Notes: generated by a model not told the origin, from the sequence alone. 64,000 nucleotides of DNA from Planctomycetia bacterium (GCA_031400775.1 JANNQN010000289.1:108-64107), one strand, 5' to 3'. Positions 1 through 10,608 are shown, counted from the first letter of the stretch. Made by a program: numbers and translations.

Positions 1-2190
1 GTATCTCGACTGATAGGTCATGGCGCTATTGGCGATTTCCAACAGCGCCAACAGCCGCGAGTTCTCGTTGGCATCGGGCCGGCTAAAACCGTGCAGGACC
101 AATTGCGACAAGTCCGTCACCCGCTCCAGCCGGCGGCCGATCTCCAAGAACAGCCACCCCTTGTCGCGGGTCATGCCGTCGGCCATTTGTCCGCTGAAGG
201 ACGACAGCCGGCCGAGCACGAGGTCCATCGCCGCCAATTGGGCATCGGCCGTTTTCACGCCCGACTGCTTCGTCGGCACGAAATCGTTGCCAAGCTGCGT
301 CAAGATCCGCCAGGCATCGAGCGAAAGCCGGTCGCGGACTCCCGAGGCAATGCGATGCATCTTGGCGATGTCTCCCGCGATGCTGCCGGTGTTCTCGTCG
401 TCGAAAACGGCCAGCTCCAGCGCTCCTTCGAGCCGCAACTCCGAACGGGCGGCCGAGTTCGCCGGCAGTCGGCTCTGCGTGACCAGCAGATCGACTAAAT
501 AAACCAGCTCGTCCGGATGGCCTAGCTCCGACTCGTTGGTAATTCGATGGAGCAAACAGCGAGCCAAACGGCAGCCGAACTCGATCCGCTCGACGTAACG
601 CCCGAGCCAATACAGGTCGTCGGCCAATCGCGACGGCAGGATGAAGCCCGCGCGACTCAGATCCGAGGTTTGCTTGTGCGTCGGCAGCAGCGTGGTCGTG
701 TCGGGTGCGGAGTGGCTGAGCACCCAGGTGTCCTTACTACCGCCGCTGGTCTTCGCGTCCAGCAGCATCGACTCGGAGGAATCCTCGGCGCGGGTCAGCC
801 CGCCCGGCATCACGACGTATTCGTCGGCACTGAGTGCGAACGCATACAACCGGACGATCACTTGCCGCGGCTCGAGATGCTGGTCCTGCCAGACCGGAGC
901 GGTCGAAAGCGCGACACACTCCTGGCCCAGATACAAATGCGGGTTGGCGCGCAACATCGCGATCATCTCGGACCTGGGGACCTGGCCGGGCAGAAAACCG
1001 GGCGACTCGTGATTTGCATAGGCATGCTTCACGACCAGGCGATCCAACTGCCCGACGACCACTTCCAGCGCCTTCTCCTGGCCGCACCACCAGGTCGCCA
1101 CCGGCGGCAGCAAGAGATCCTCATGGAGCAGCCGACGGCAAAGCGTGGGCAGAAACGGCAATAGCGCGGGCGTTTCCGTCACGCCCGTGCCGATGGCGTT
1201 GGCGATCACTACGTTGCCGGCCCGGGCCACTTGCAACAACCCGGGCACGCCCAAAAGCGAGTCGCCCCGCAGTTCGAGCGGATCGCAATAGTCGCTGCTC
1301 ACGCGCCGCAGGATCACGTCGACCGGCAACAGACCGCTGAGTGTTTTGAGAAATACGCCCTGATCGCGGACCGTCAGATCGCGACCTTCGACGAGATTGA
1401 ATCCCAAGTAGCGCGCCAAATAAGCCTGTTCGAAATATGTGGAATGGAACGGACCCGGCGTGTAGATGACGACGCGGGGATCTCGATGGCGCACGGCGGC
1501 TTGCGCCAGCAACCCATCTCGCAGTTGCTGAAAGAACCGTGCCAGTCGCTCCACCCGACAGTCGCGGATCAACTCCGGATAAACGCGGCCGAGCACGATG
1601 CGGTTTTCCAGGGCATAGCCGGCGCCAGCGGGAGTGTCGGTGCGATCGCCAACGACCCACCAGCGGCCGTCGGGCGAGCGGGCCACGTCGACGGCATACG
1701 TTTGCAGATAGATTCCACCGGGCGGTTGCATGCCGTGCGCCGCGCGCACGAAGGCCGGATTTGCAAACACGATCTCCGGCGGCAAATCGCCGGTCCGCAA
1801 TAGTTTTCCGGGCCCGTAGATATCGGCCAATACCAGGTTGAGCAGCCGCGCGCGTTGGCTGACGGCCGAGCTGAGCGCCTGCCACTCGGCCGGCGCGATC
1901 AATAGCGGCCAGGCATCGAGTTGCCAAGGGCGCTCATCCTGCAATTCACGATCGGGCGGGGTATACGTGACTCCCGACTCGCGCAGGATGCGACGGCACA
2001 GATCCTGGCGGCTTTGGGCTTCGGCGCGGGTTTGAGAATCGACCGCGTCGGCAAATCGCTGCCAGTGCGGGCGCACGGCGCCTTCGGCCGTGACCGCCTC
2101 GTCCCAATGACCCGCCTTGCCCCGATACGACCTCAGGTCATGCGCGGGCGCCAGGTGCGGAGATGGCACGATCGACTCAGCCGAGGTCAT
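1..2190 (-). CDS. circularly permuted type-2 ATP-grasp fused to alpha-E domain protein (N-terminus complete, C-terminus runs off the window start)
   Basis: Absent from the ORF track because it is edge-truncated. Manual minus-strand translation from ATG 2190..2188 stays open for 730 codons to position 1. ATP-grasp part: MTSAESIVPSPHLAPAHDLRSYRGKAGHWDE...YAVDVARSPDGRWWVVGDRTDTPAGAGYALENRIVL...LLGVPGLLQVARAGNVVIANAIGTGV. Alpha-E part: ...LSRAGFILPSRLADDLYWLGRYVERIEFGCRLARCLL... Family call from remembered motifs. Confidence 0.8.
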   Translation of the reverse strand, partial: MTSAESIVPSPHLAPAHDLRSYRGKAGHWDEAVTAEGAVRPHWQRFADAVDSQTRAEAQSRQDLCRRILRESGVTYTPPDRELQDERPWQLDAWPLLIAPAEWQALSSAVSQRARLLNLVLADIYGPGKLLRTGDLPPEIVFANPAFVRAAHGMQPPGGIYLQTYAVDVARSPDGRWWVVGDRTDTPAGAGYALENRIVLGRVYPELIRDCRVERLARFFQQLRDGLLAQAAVRHRDPRVVIYTPGPFHSTYFEQAYLARYLGFNLVEGRDLTVRDQGVFLKTLSGLLPVDVILRRVSSDYCDPLELRGDSLLGVPGLLQVARAGNVVIANAIGTGVTETPALLPFLPTLCRRLLHEDLLLPPVATWWCGQEKALEVVVGQLDRLVVKHAYANHESPGFLPGQVPRSEMIAMLRANPHLYLGQECVALSTAPVWQDQHLEPRQVIVRLYAFALSADEYVVMPGGLTRAEDSSESMLLDAKTSGGSKDTWVLSHSAPDTTTLLPTHKQTSDLSRAGFILPSRLADDLYWLGRYVERIEFGCRLARCLLHRITNESELGHPDELVYLVDLLVTQSRLPANSAARSELRLEGALELAVFDDENTGSIAGDIAKMHRIASGVRDRLSLDAWRILTQLGNDFVPTKQSGVKTADAQLAAMDLVLGRLSSFSGQMADGMTRDKGWLFLEIGRRLERVTDLSQLVLHGFSRPDANENSRLLALLEIANSAMTYQSRY

Positions 2191-2273
2191 AAACGTCTCG
2201 GAGTGGACTCAGCGGCCGGAATCGGCCGGTATCACTCGATTCTAGTTTGCCGCGCCCGTTCTGGGGAGAGAGA

Positions 2274-5200
2274 TTAACGGCCTCGCCGCAAATCCAGCGT
2301 GCAAGGAAACTCCGGATTGGTTTCGACCGGGGGCAGGCTTAACGAGCCCGCAGTGTGCCCATGCGGAAAGAAGCGGGACACGCGGCGCGTCTCGGCCTCC
2401 ATCGCGTTGACGGGGAACGTCTGGTAACTGAGCCCGCCGGGATGAGCCACGTGATATGTGCAGCCGCCCACCGAACGCTCGTTCCAGGTGTCGTACAAGT
2501 CGAACACCAGGGGCACGTCCACGGGGATCGTCGGATGCAGACAACTCGAAGGCTGCCAGGCCCGATAACGAACTCCGCCCACGAACTCGCCGAGGGTTTG
2601 CGTGGCGCGCAATGGAACGCGGCGGCCGTTGCACAACACAAGGTATCGATCGTCGGAAATTCCGACAACACGCACCTGCAATCGCTCGAGCGACGAATCA
2701 ACGTAACGGACCGTGCCTCCGCCGCCGGGCTCCTCGCCCAACACGTGCCAGGGCTCGATCGCCTGGCGCAGCTCGATCTCGATGCCCGAGCGTTGAATGC
2801 GTCCATAAACCGGAAAGCGAAATTCCCGATGCGGCAGAAACCAGTCGGCACGGATCGGGTATCCGGCGCCGTTCAAATCGTCGATCACTTCGCCAAAATC
2901 TTCCCACACGAAGTGCGGCAGCATGAAGCGGTCGTTGAGCAGCGTGCCCCAGCGAATCGGACGGCTGCGGCAAGGCTCGCGCCAGAACCACGAAACCAGC
3001 GTTCGCAGCAACAACTGCTGCGTCAGGCTCATCCGCGCATGCGGCGGCATTTCGAACGCCCGAAATTCCACCAGCCCCAAACGGCCCGAAGCCGTGTCGG
3101 GCGAGTACAGCTTGTCGATTCAAAACTCGGCCCGGTGGGTATTGCCGGTCAAGTCAACCAACAGGTGGCGGAAGATGCGATCGACCAGCCAGGGGGACGT
3201 TCGGCCGTTCTCTCGTGTTTGGCGCTCAACTTCTTCGAAGGCGATTTCCAGCTCGTAGATCGAATCGTGGCGCGCTTCGTCGATCCGCGGGGCCTGGCTG
3301 GTCGGCCCCACGAACATTCCGCTAAACAGGTAGCTCAGCGAAGGATGATTGAGCCAGTACACCAACAGCGAGCGGAGCAAGTCGGGGCGCCGCAAAAACG
3401 GGCTGTCGGCTGGCGTGGGGCCGCCGAGCACCACGTGATTTCCGCCGCCGGTGCCCGAGTGGCGACCGTCGAGCATGAACTTCTCGGTTCCCAGCCGGCC
3501 CAGGTGGGCGTCTTCATAAAGCCCGTCGCTGATTTCGGTCAACTCCTGCCACGATCGGGCCGGCTGCACGTTGACTTCGATCACGCCCGGGTCGGGGGTC
3601 ACCTTGAGCACCGACACGCGGGGGTCGTGGGGGGGCAATTCGCCCTCGACAATCACGGGTATTTCGAGGGCGGACGCCGTGTCTTCGACCGCGGCGACCA
3701 ACTCCAGATAGTCTTCGATCGCGGTCAGCGGCGGAAGGTACACGTGCAGTCGCCCGTCGCGCGGTTCGATGCACAGCGCCGTCCGCACGACCCAGGGGGC
3801 CGATTCGCCCAGATCGGGCACGCGCTCGCTAAGCGGAACGCGCTCGCCAGTGTGTCCGTTCGATCCGCGCTCAGCGGAGCGCTCTTCCCGCTCGGCCAGC
3901 ATGCCGCGCAATTGCATCCGCTCGGGAACGGCCAGCGGGCCCACCGGCCGCGAAGGATCGGGCGGGTGCAGGAACGGATACTCGGCGGTCGCGACCCAGG
4001 GCAAACTGGCCGCGGGAAGCCGCAGGCCGATCGGCGAGTCGCCGGGGGTGAGCACCAGGTGCTTGCCGCGCAGCATCCACAGCCCGCTCTCCCAGGCCGT
4101 GGTCTCGGCCGAGCGAGAAACGCAGCGCCGCACGGGCAAGACAAAACCCACCGGCTCGCTCAGGCCCCGCTCGAACACGCGCCGCAAACGAGTTCGCTCC
4201 TCGGTGTCTTTCAGCTTGCTGTCGGCCGGATCGACGTTGATCGGCAACTGCCCCTCGCGATGCAGGAAATAGACCGGATCTTCGAACGCCGGCACGGCAA
4301 ATCCCGGATCGACCGCCAACCGTTCGGCCAATAGCTCGGTGAAGCGCTCGCAATCGTCGATCGTGTAGCCGTACTTCTTGTCGCTAGAAGCGATCAGCGC
4401 GGGGTTTCGCCAAATCGGATGGCCGTCGACGCGCCAGTAGCAGGCCAGCGACCAGCGCGGAAGCTGCTCGCCCGGATACCACTTTCCCTGGCCGAAGTGC
4501 AGCAACCCGCCGGGGGCAAATCGAGTGTGGAGCCGGCGAATTAGCGCCTCGGAAAGTCGTCGCTTGTTGGGACCGACGGCCGTGAAGTTCCACTCGTCGT
4601 TTTCCGTGTCGTCGATCGAGACGAACGTCGGCTCGCCCCCCATCGTGAGACGCACGTCCTGCGCCAGCAGCTCGCGGTCGACAGCATTGCCCAGGGCGTG
4701 GATTTTCGCCCACTCGCCGTCCGTGTATGGTTTCGTGACGCGGGGGTCTTCGTGAATGCGCGAGATCCGCATCACGTGCTCGAACTCGCACTCACAGGGC
4801 TCGAGCTTGCCGCTCACCGGCGCGGCCGACAGCGGGTCGGGCGCGGCCGCCAGTGGAATGTGACCTTCGCCGGCGAACAGCCCACTGGTCGGATCGAGCC
4901 CCACCCAGCCGGCGCCAGGCAAATAAACTTCGCACCAGGCGTGCAAATCGGTGAAGTCCTGTTCGGCGCCCCCCGGACCATCCAGCGGCTTCACATCGGG
5001 CTTGAGCTGAATCAAATAGCCCGACACGAAGCGGGCCGCGATGCCCAGGTGCCGCAGAATCTGCACCAGCAGCCAGGCCGAATCGCGGCACGAACCGCGG
5101 CCAATCGTCAATGTTTCTTCGGGCGACTGCACGCCGGGCTCGAGACGAATCAGGTAGCCAATCTCGCTACAAAGCCGCTGGTTCAAGCCGACCAGAAAAT

Positions 5201-5627
5201 CGACGGTCCGGCGTTCGGTCAAATCGACCGACGCGATCCAGGCTTGCAGCAGCGGCCCCGGCACTTCGCGCAGCAGAAACGGCGCGATATCGCGGTTCAG
5301 CCACGAGTCGTATTCGAAGGGAAAGGTCTCGGCTTCGGGCTCGAGAAAAAAGTCGAACGGATTGATGACGGTCAGTTCCGTAACCAGGTCGACGACCACG
5401 CGAAAGTTCGGCACCTTTTTGGGGAACACGATGCGAGCCAGAAAATTCGCTTGCGGATCCTGTTGCCAATTAAGAAAGTGATCTTCCGGCTCGATCTTGA
5501 GCGAGTAGCTGAGAATGGGCGTTCGCGCGTGCGGCGCGGGACGCAACCGCACGATCTGCGGACCCATTGCGATCGGCCGCTCGTAGCGATAGTGGGTTTC
5601 GTGGTACAGGGCAACGCGAATCGACAT
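2274..5627 (-). pseudogene. transglutaminase-family protein (Bact_transglu_N + transglutaminase core + DUF2126), 1117 codons interrupted by a single in-frame TGA at 3120..3122; fresh pseudogene or recoded gene
   Basis: ORFs 3120..5627 (835 aa) and 2274..3080 (268 aa) share one frame. The 13 codons between the TGA and the track's TTG start read [13 protein letters not shown] and continue the conserved block ...[16 protein letters not shown]...[17 protein letters not shown]. Transglutaminase core: GRGSCRDSAWL...FTDLHAWCEVYLPGAGWVGLDPT. Confidence 0.85.
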
Positions 5628-5734
5628 GCTTCACAATTCTCTCTGCCCTTGCGAGCGCCGGCTGTGTGACGTTTCAATCGGCAAGCTGGCCGAGCGGCCG
5701 CCGCCACGGCATCCGATCGATTTGTTCTTTGCGG

Positions 5735-8392
5735 TTAGCTGCGGCTCATGTCGCTGCTGGTACCGCCCGCGGCCGGCACATAGGACTTTAGCACGTAGTC
5801 GCGCAACATGCGGTCGGAGCTGAATCGCCCGCCCAGGGTGCGCATGGCGCGTTTGATTCGCGCTACCCACGCTCGCGGCACACCGTCGCGATCGCGATCG
5901 TAGTATAGCGGCACGACTTCGTTGCGCAACACTTCGAGCAGCGAATCGCGGTCGCGGCCATCGTGCAAGTCGGTGGAGACGTGCGTCTCGCCCAATCCGA
6001 TCGTAAAGCCGTTGCGGCCATCGTAAGCCTCAGCCCACCAGCCGTCGAGCACCGACAAGTTCAAGCCGCCGTTGAGCACGACCTTCATGCCGCTGGTGCC
6101 CGAGGCCTCGAGCGGCCGCCGCGGGTTGTTGAGCCACACGTCGACTCCCTGCACCAGATGCCGGGCCACGTTGATATCGTAGTCCTCGACAAACACGATC
6201 TTGCCGATGAATCGCGGATCGCAACCCAAGGCGGCGATCTCCTGCAACACGTGCTTGCCCGGCACGTCCTTGGGATGGGCCTTGCCGGCGAACACAAGTT
6301 GAATCGGGACCTGCGGGTCGTTGACCAGCTCGACCAGTTGCTCGAGGTCTTGCAGTAGCAAATTGGCGCGCTTGTACGTAGCGAAGCGGCGCGCAAAGCC
6401 GATCGTGAGCGTGTCCAGGCTCAAAGCTCTGCGCAGTTGTGCGATCACGTCGGGCGCCTCGCCGCGCCGCTCGGCGTGAAACACCGCCCGGCGGCGGGTG
6501 AAATCGAGCAGCCGGGCTTTGAGCGTCTGGTGCGTTTCCCACAGCTCGCCGTCATCCATTCCTTCGAGCTCCTCCAGGCCGGTCGCTTCGGTGAGCCGCT
6601 GGGTCCAATCGGGGCCGAGCCGCCGCTTGAATAGTTCCTGCATTTGGGGCGCCAGCCACGACGACACGTGGACGCCGTTGGTGATATGCCCGATCGGCAC
6701 GCCGTCTTGACCGCGGCCCGGCCACAGGCATTGCCACATGCTGCGCGAGACGTCGCCGTGCAGCGACGAGACGGCGTTGGCGCGGCGCGAGACCTTCAAC
6801 GCCAACACGGTCATGCAAAAATCCTCGCTGTGATTATCCGGATCGACGCGGCCCAGGGCCATCAGAAAATGCAGATCCAAGCCCATCGCGGCCCGCAAGG
6901 GGCCCAAGTGCTCTTCGATCAGGTCGGCGGAAAAGCGATCGTGCCCGGCCGGCACCGGCGTGTGCGTGGTGAACACGGTGCGGCAAGCCACGCGGCGCAT
7001 GGCCTCGTCGACGGTGGTTCCTTCCCGCTCCATGCTCTGCCGCATCAACTCCAGCACGGCGAACGCGCTGTGCCCTTCGTTCAAATGCACGACGCCCGGC
7101 GCGATACCCAAGGCCTCGAGCGCCCGCACTCCGCCAATGCCCAATAGGAGCTCCTGGCGAATGCGGGTCCGCGTGTCGCCGCCGTACAGCCGGGCCGTCA
7201 ACTCGCGATCTTCCGGCGCGTTGCCCGGCACGTCCGAGTCCAACAGATACAATAGGTTTCGGCCGACCGCCAGCTTCCACACCCGGGCCCAGACCATGCC
7301 GGTCCGCGTCTCGATCGAGACGGTGATCGGCTCGCCATCGGCGTCCGTGGCGGGCTGGATCGGAATGTCGGCGCTGTCCAGGTCCAGATAGTCTTCCTGC
7401 TGCCAATTCTGGCTGTCGAGCCGCTGGCGGAAGTATCCTTGATCGTAGTACAGCCCAATGCCGATCAGCGGAATGCCCAGGTCCGACGCGCTCTTGATGT
7501 GATCGCCCGAGAGAATCCCCAAGCCGCCAGAATAGATCGGCACCGACTCGTGCATGCCGAACTCGGCCGAGAAATAGGCGACGGGCCGAGCCCACAGGAC
7601 ACCCGCGTTGCGCGCGCCCCAGGTGTCGTCGGTTTCCAGATACTCGCGCATGCGGCGGTATGCGTAGTTGATGCGGCTGTGCAACACCGACTGGCGACAG
7701 CGCTGCTCCAGATAATCGATCGACATGCTGCGCAGCAGCACGATCGGGTTGTGGTCGCACTGCCGCCAACGCACCGGGTCGAGCTCGCGAAACAGGCTGT
7801 GCGCGTCTTGATCCCAGCACCACCAGAGGTTCTGTGCCAGCGCTCGCAGCCGCTCGTAGGCCGGCGCCACGAAATGCTCTAGCGCGCGCAGCTCGCTGAC
7901 CAGCGGGCTCAACTGTGCGGTGGCCGCCACGAGCATGCTGATCTCATCGCCAGTGAACTCGCGTGGATCGGTGGTTTGCACGACCAGCACGCCCTGCAAC
8001 GATCCACGGTCTACCAGCGGCACGCCCAGGAATGTGTGGTAAATATCCTCGCCGGCCTCGGGAAAGAACTTGAACCGCGGATGGCCGGCAGCGTTGGTAA
8101 AAGCTTGCGGCCGCATTTGCTCCGCCACCAGCCCGACCAGACCCTCGTGGCAGCCCATCCGCACACGGCCGATGGCGTCGGACCGCAGTCCCACCGATGC
8201 GGTGAGCACCAGGTGCTTGCGGTCCGGCTCCAACAGGTACACGGAACAGACCTCGGTGCCGCATCGCTCGCGGATCAGTCCTACGATATTCTGTAACGAT
8301 TCGGTCGGTCGACCGCTGACCGCAAGAAGCTGTCCGATCTCTTCCAAAGTGACCAGAAGCGAGCGTTCCGACAGCGTGGATGCCTCAATCAC
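5735..8392 (-). CDS. glgP: alpha-glucan (glycogen/maltodextrin) phosphorylase family protein with an extra N-terminal GAF domain
   Basis: 885-aa ORF. Residues ~1-170 are GAF-like (VCSVYLLEPDRKHLVLTASVGL...HTFLGVPLVDRGSLQGVLVVQT). A DUF3417-like segment follows (LWWCWDQDAHSLFRELDPVRW), then the phosphorylase core (YFSAEFGMHESVPIYSGGLGILSGDHIKSASDLGIPLIGIGLYY; EASGTSGMKVVLNGGLNLSVLDGWW). GTG start with GAGGT 6 nt upstream. Confidence 0.9.
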   Translation of the reverse strand: MIEASTLSERSLLVTLEEIGQLLAVSGRPTESLQNIVGLIRERCGTEVCSVYLLEPDRKHLVLTASVGLRSDAIGRVRMGCHEGLVGLVAEQMRPQAFTNAAGHPRFKFFPEAGEDIYHTFLGVPLVDRGSLQGVLVVQTTDPREFTGDEISMLVAATAQLSPLVSELRALEHFVAPAYERLRALAQNLWWCWDQDAHSLFRELDPVRWRQCDHNPIVLLRSMSIDYLEQRCRQSVLHSRINYAYRRMREYLETDDTWGARNAGVLWARPVAYFSAEFGMHESVPIYSGGLGILSGDHIKSASDLGIPLIGIGLYYDQGYFRQRLDSQNWQQEDYLDLDSADIPIQPATDADGEPITVSIETRTGMVWARVWKLAVGRNLLYLLDSDVPGNAPEDRELTARLYGGDTRTRIRQELLLGIGGVRALEALGIAPGVVHLNEGHSAFAVLELMRQSMEREGTTVDEAMRRVACRTVFTTHTPVPAGHDRFSADLIEEHLGPLRAAMGLDLHFLMALGRVDPDNHSEDFCMTVLALKVSRRANAVSSLHGDVSRSMWQCLWPGRGQDGVPIGHITNGVHVSSWLAPQMQELFKRRLGPDWTQRLTEATGLEELEGMDDGELWETHQTLKARLLDFTRRRAVFHAERRGEAPDVIAQLRRALSLDTLTIGFARRFATYKRANLLLQDLEQLVELVNDPQVPIQLVFAGKAHPKDVPGKHVLQEIAALGCDPRFIGKIVFVEDYDINVARHLVQGVDVWLNNPRRPLEASGTSGMKVVLNGGLNLSVLDGWWAEAYDGRNGFTIGLGETHVSTDLHDGRDRDSLLEVLRNEVVPLYYDRDRDGVPRAWVARIKRAMRTLGGRFSSDRMLRDYVLKSYVPAAGGTSSDMSRS

Positions 8393-8684
8393 GGGCTTAC
8401 CTCATGCGGGCAGATGGCGGTAGGTCGTAGGGGCCGGCGCGGCGCGCAATAAATGCGCGGCACATCAAAGAGGACCTTTGGTTAGCAATCGACGTGCCGC
8501 GAGTGTGGCGATTCCCCGCGGGGCGCTCTCGATGGCGCGAAACGGCCGCAAATTCAAGGGTTTATGTCGCGGCCACCACGCGTTTGTGCTTCGTCGCAGG
8601 CGACGCACGTTGCCCACTTTCTGGGCGAGTCGTGCCGCAGGATACGTCGCCGGAGAGTGGCACCTTGCTGCTCTATGGCGGCGT

Positions 8685-10577
8685 TCAATCGCGCGCTTCG
8701 ACTAGTTGATACAGCCGCACCTGCTCGTCGGGCACTTGTCGCAACCTTCCGACCGCCGTGCGGATCGCGCCGCCGCCGACAAGTAGTTGGCTGGCATCGG
8801 GCGAGAACTTGACGTGCATCACGCCGCCCGCACCCTGCACGCTGTGCATCTCGGCGCCGGTCTTCAAATCCCACAGCCGAATGGTGCCGTCCCATCCGCC
8901 CGAGGCCGCCAGCCGACCGTCGGGCGAGATGTCGAGGCAAAACACGGTCTCGGTGTGTCCCGCCAGTTCGCGCACCAGCTTGCCGCTCGCGGTGTCCCAC
9001 ACCCGCACGACATTATCCGTGCCCGGGTTCAGAATGATGTTCGACCGCTTGACCAATGTTCCGCCGGTGCCGGTGACGATCTGGCTGCCATCGGGCGAAA
9101 CGGCCAAAGCCCAAATCGGCTCGGGCTGCTCGACCATCCACTTCTCGACTCCGCTGGTCGCATCCCACAAGCGCAATGTCTTGTCGTGCGAGGCCGAAAC
9201 GGCGTCTTTGCCGTCGGGCAAGAACGCCACGCGGGTCACCCAGTCGTCGTGATTCTTGAACCGGCCCAGCTCCTTGCCTGTCTGCACGTCCATGACCACG
9301 GCTCGCTTGTTCAGGCAACCCGCGATCAGCCGCGTGCCGTCGGAGGAGAACGCCAGCGCGTCGCTGATGTCGCCCGGGTGCAACTCGCGCAGGACTTTGC
9401 CGGTTTCGATGCTGACAAGCAGTATCTTCTGAGTGAGCGCCGCGGTGGCAAAGTGCCGGCCATCGGGCGAAAGTACTGTCCACACACCGGGAAAATCAAA
9501 ATCCTTGTTCGCCCCGCCGGCGATGTCCCACAGACGAATCCCCTGCCGGTTCGGACTGCCGCCCAGAATGGCACGGCGGCCGTCGGGCGTAAACGCCACG
9601 CCGTACACGTCGGTCCCCTTTGCGTGCCGGGCGATCTCTTCGAGCTTGAGCGCTGTCCGCTCGACCAGCGGAGTTTGCGGAGCGCCGGCATCCTGGCGTT
9701 CGCTCGAAAACGCGATCCACATTCCGTCGGGCGACCAGGCCGGCTCGCGATTGCTCTCCTGCTGCCCGGGAATCACCACCGGCGGCTTGTCTCCTTCGAC
9801 GTCGGCCAGGTGAATCTTCTGGTCGAGCGCGAAGGCCAATTGTTTTCCGTCGGGCGACCAGGCGACCGTGCCGCTCAAGTCGCCGCTGAGTCGCTGCGAC
9901 AAGCCGTGACTGGCGCCCTCGGCGGCGACGATCATCAAGCTGCGCTGGTTGTTGCGATCGCCCATGAGGGCCAACCGCTTGCCGTCCGGCGACCAGGAGA
10001 ATCCGCCCGAGATATTTTCGAGCGGCGCGTCGAGCAGCGCCCGTTCTGTGCCTTCGACCAGGTCGAGCACGTGCAAATTGCCGCCGGCTTTGCCAAAAGC
10101 GATCTGGCTGCCATCGGGCGACCAGCGCGGAGAGTATCCGTCGGCCAGCCAGTTGCGTCCGCGACCGTCTTCGTTCTGCACCCAAATGCCCGGCCGCCCG
10201 CGCGCGCCGTAATTTTGATAGGCCACCTGCTTGTCGTCGGGAGACCAGTTGGGCATGGCGTTCTCGCCCAGTTCGCGCAATCCGCCGCCGTCGAGTTGGA
10301 TCGCGAAGAATTTTTTCGCGTCGTCCGGCCCCTCGTAGGCGTCGAAGGCCAGCCGCTTGCCGTCGTGCGACCACTGCGGGGAGCCGTGCTTTTTATAGCC
10401 CGCAACATGGGCCACCTTGCGCACCTGGCTGCCGTCGGTTTTCATGACGAAGATGGCTGTGGGAATATCGGCGGCCGGCAGCGGCTGCGCCAGGAGAAGG
10501 ACGACGCCGCTGGCGAGGGCAAACTGTATCGCGAAGAGGATCCGCGCGCTGGTCTGGGGTTTTGCTGGAGAGTTCAT
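8685..10577 (-). CDS. secreted double beta-propeller protein (N-terminal TolB/PD40-like propeller + C-terminal WD40 propeller)
   Basis: 630-aa ORF. Signal-like N-terminus ILFAIQFALASGVVLLLAQPLPA. Repeated WSPDGK/SPRWSPDGS PD40 motifs in the first ~300 aa. WD40-type repeats afterwards (SASHDKTLRLWD, DNVVRVWD, GGWDGTIRLWD). Confidence 0.85.
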   Translation of the reverse strand: MNSPAKPQTSARILFAIQFALASGVVLLLAQPLPAADIPTAIFVMKTDGSQVRKVAHVAGYKKHGSPQWSHDGKRLAFDAYEGPDDAKKFFAIQLDGGGLRELGENAMPNWSPDDKQVAYQNYGARGRPGIWVQNEDGRGRNWLADGYSPRWSPDGSQIAFGKAGGNLHVLDLVEGTERALLDAPLENISGGFSWSPDGKRLALMGDRNNQRSLMIVAAEGASHGLSQRLSGDLSGTVAWSPDGKQLAFALDQKIHLADVEGDKPPVVIPGQQESNREPAWSPDGMWIAFSSERQDAGAPQTPLVERTALKLEEIARHAKGTDVYGVAFTPDGRRAILGGSPNRQGIRLWDIAGGANKDFDFPGVWTVLSPDGRHFATAALTQKILLVSIETGKVLRELHPGDISDALAFSSDGTRLIAGCLNKRAVVMDVQTGKELGRFKNHDDWVTRVAFLPDGKDAVSASHDKTLRLWDATSGVEKWMVEQPEPIWALAVSPDGSQIVTGTGGTLVKRSNIILNPGTDNVVRVWDTASGKLVRELAGHTETVFCLDISPDGRLAASGGWDGTIRLWDLKTGAEMHSVQGAGGVMHVKFSPDASQLLVGGGAIRTAVGRLRQVPDEQVRLYQLVEARD

Positions 10578-10608
10578 CTTCTGGAACCGATATTCGGCTT
10601 GGACGGCC

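Noticed and set aside
20-1927. Several 100-270-aa track ORFs in the first 2.2 kb (e.g. 1121..1927 -, 547..1164 +)
   Set aside because: All are alternative-frame or antisense products of the real, edge-truncated 730-codon ATP-grasp/alpha-E gene, which the track does not list.
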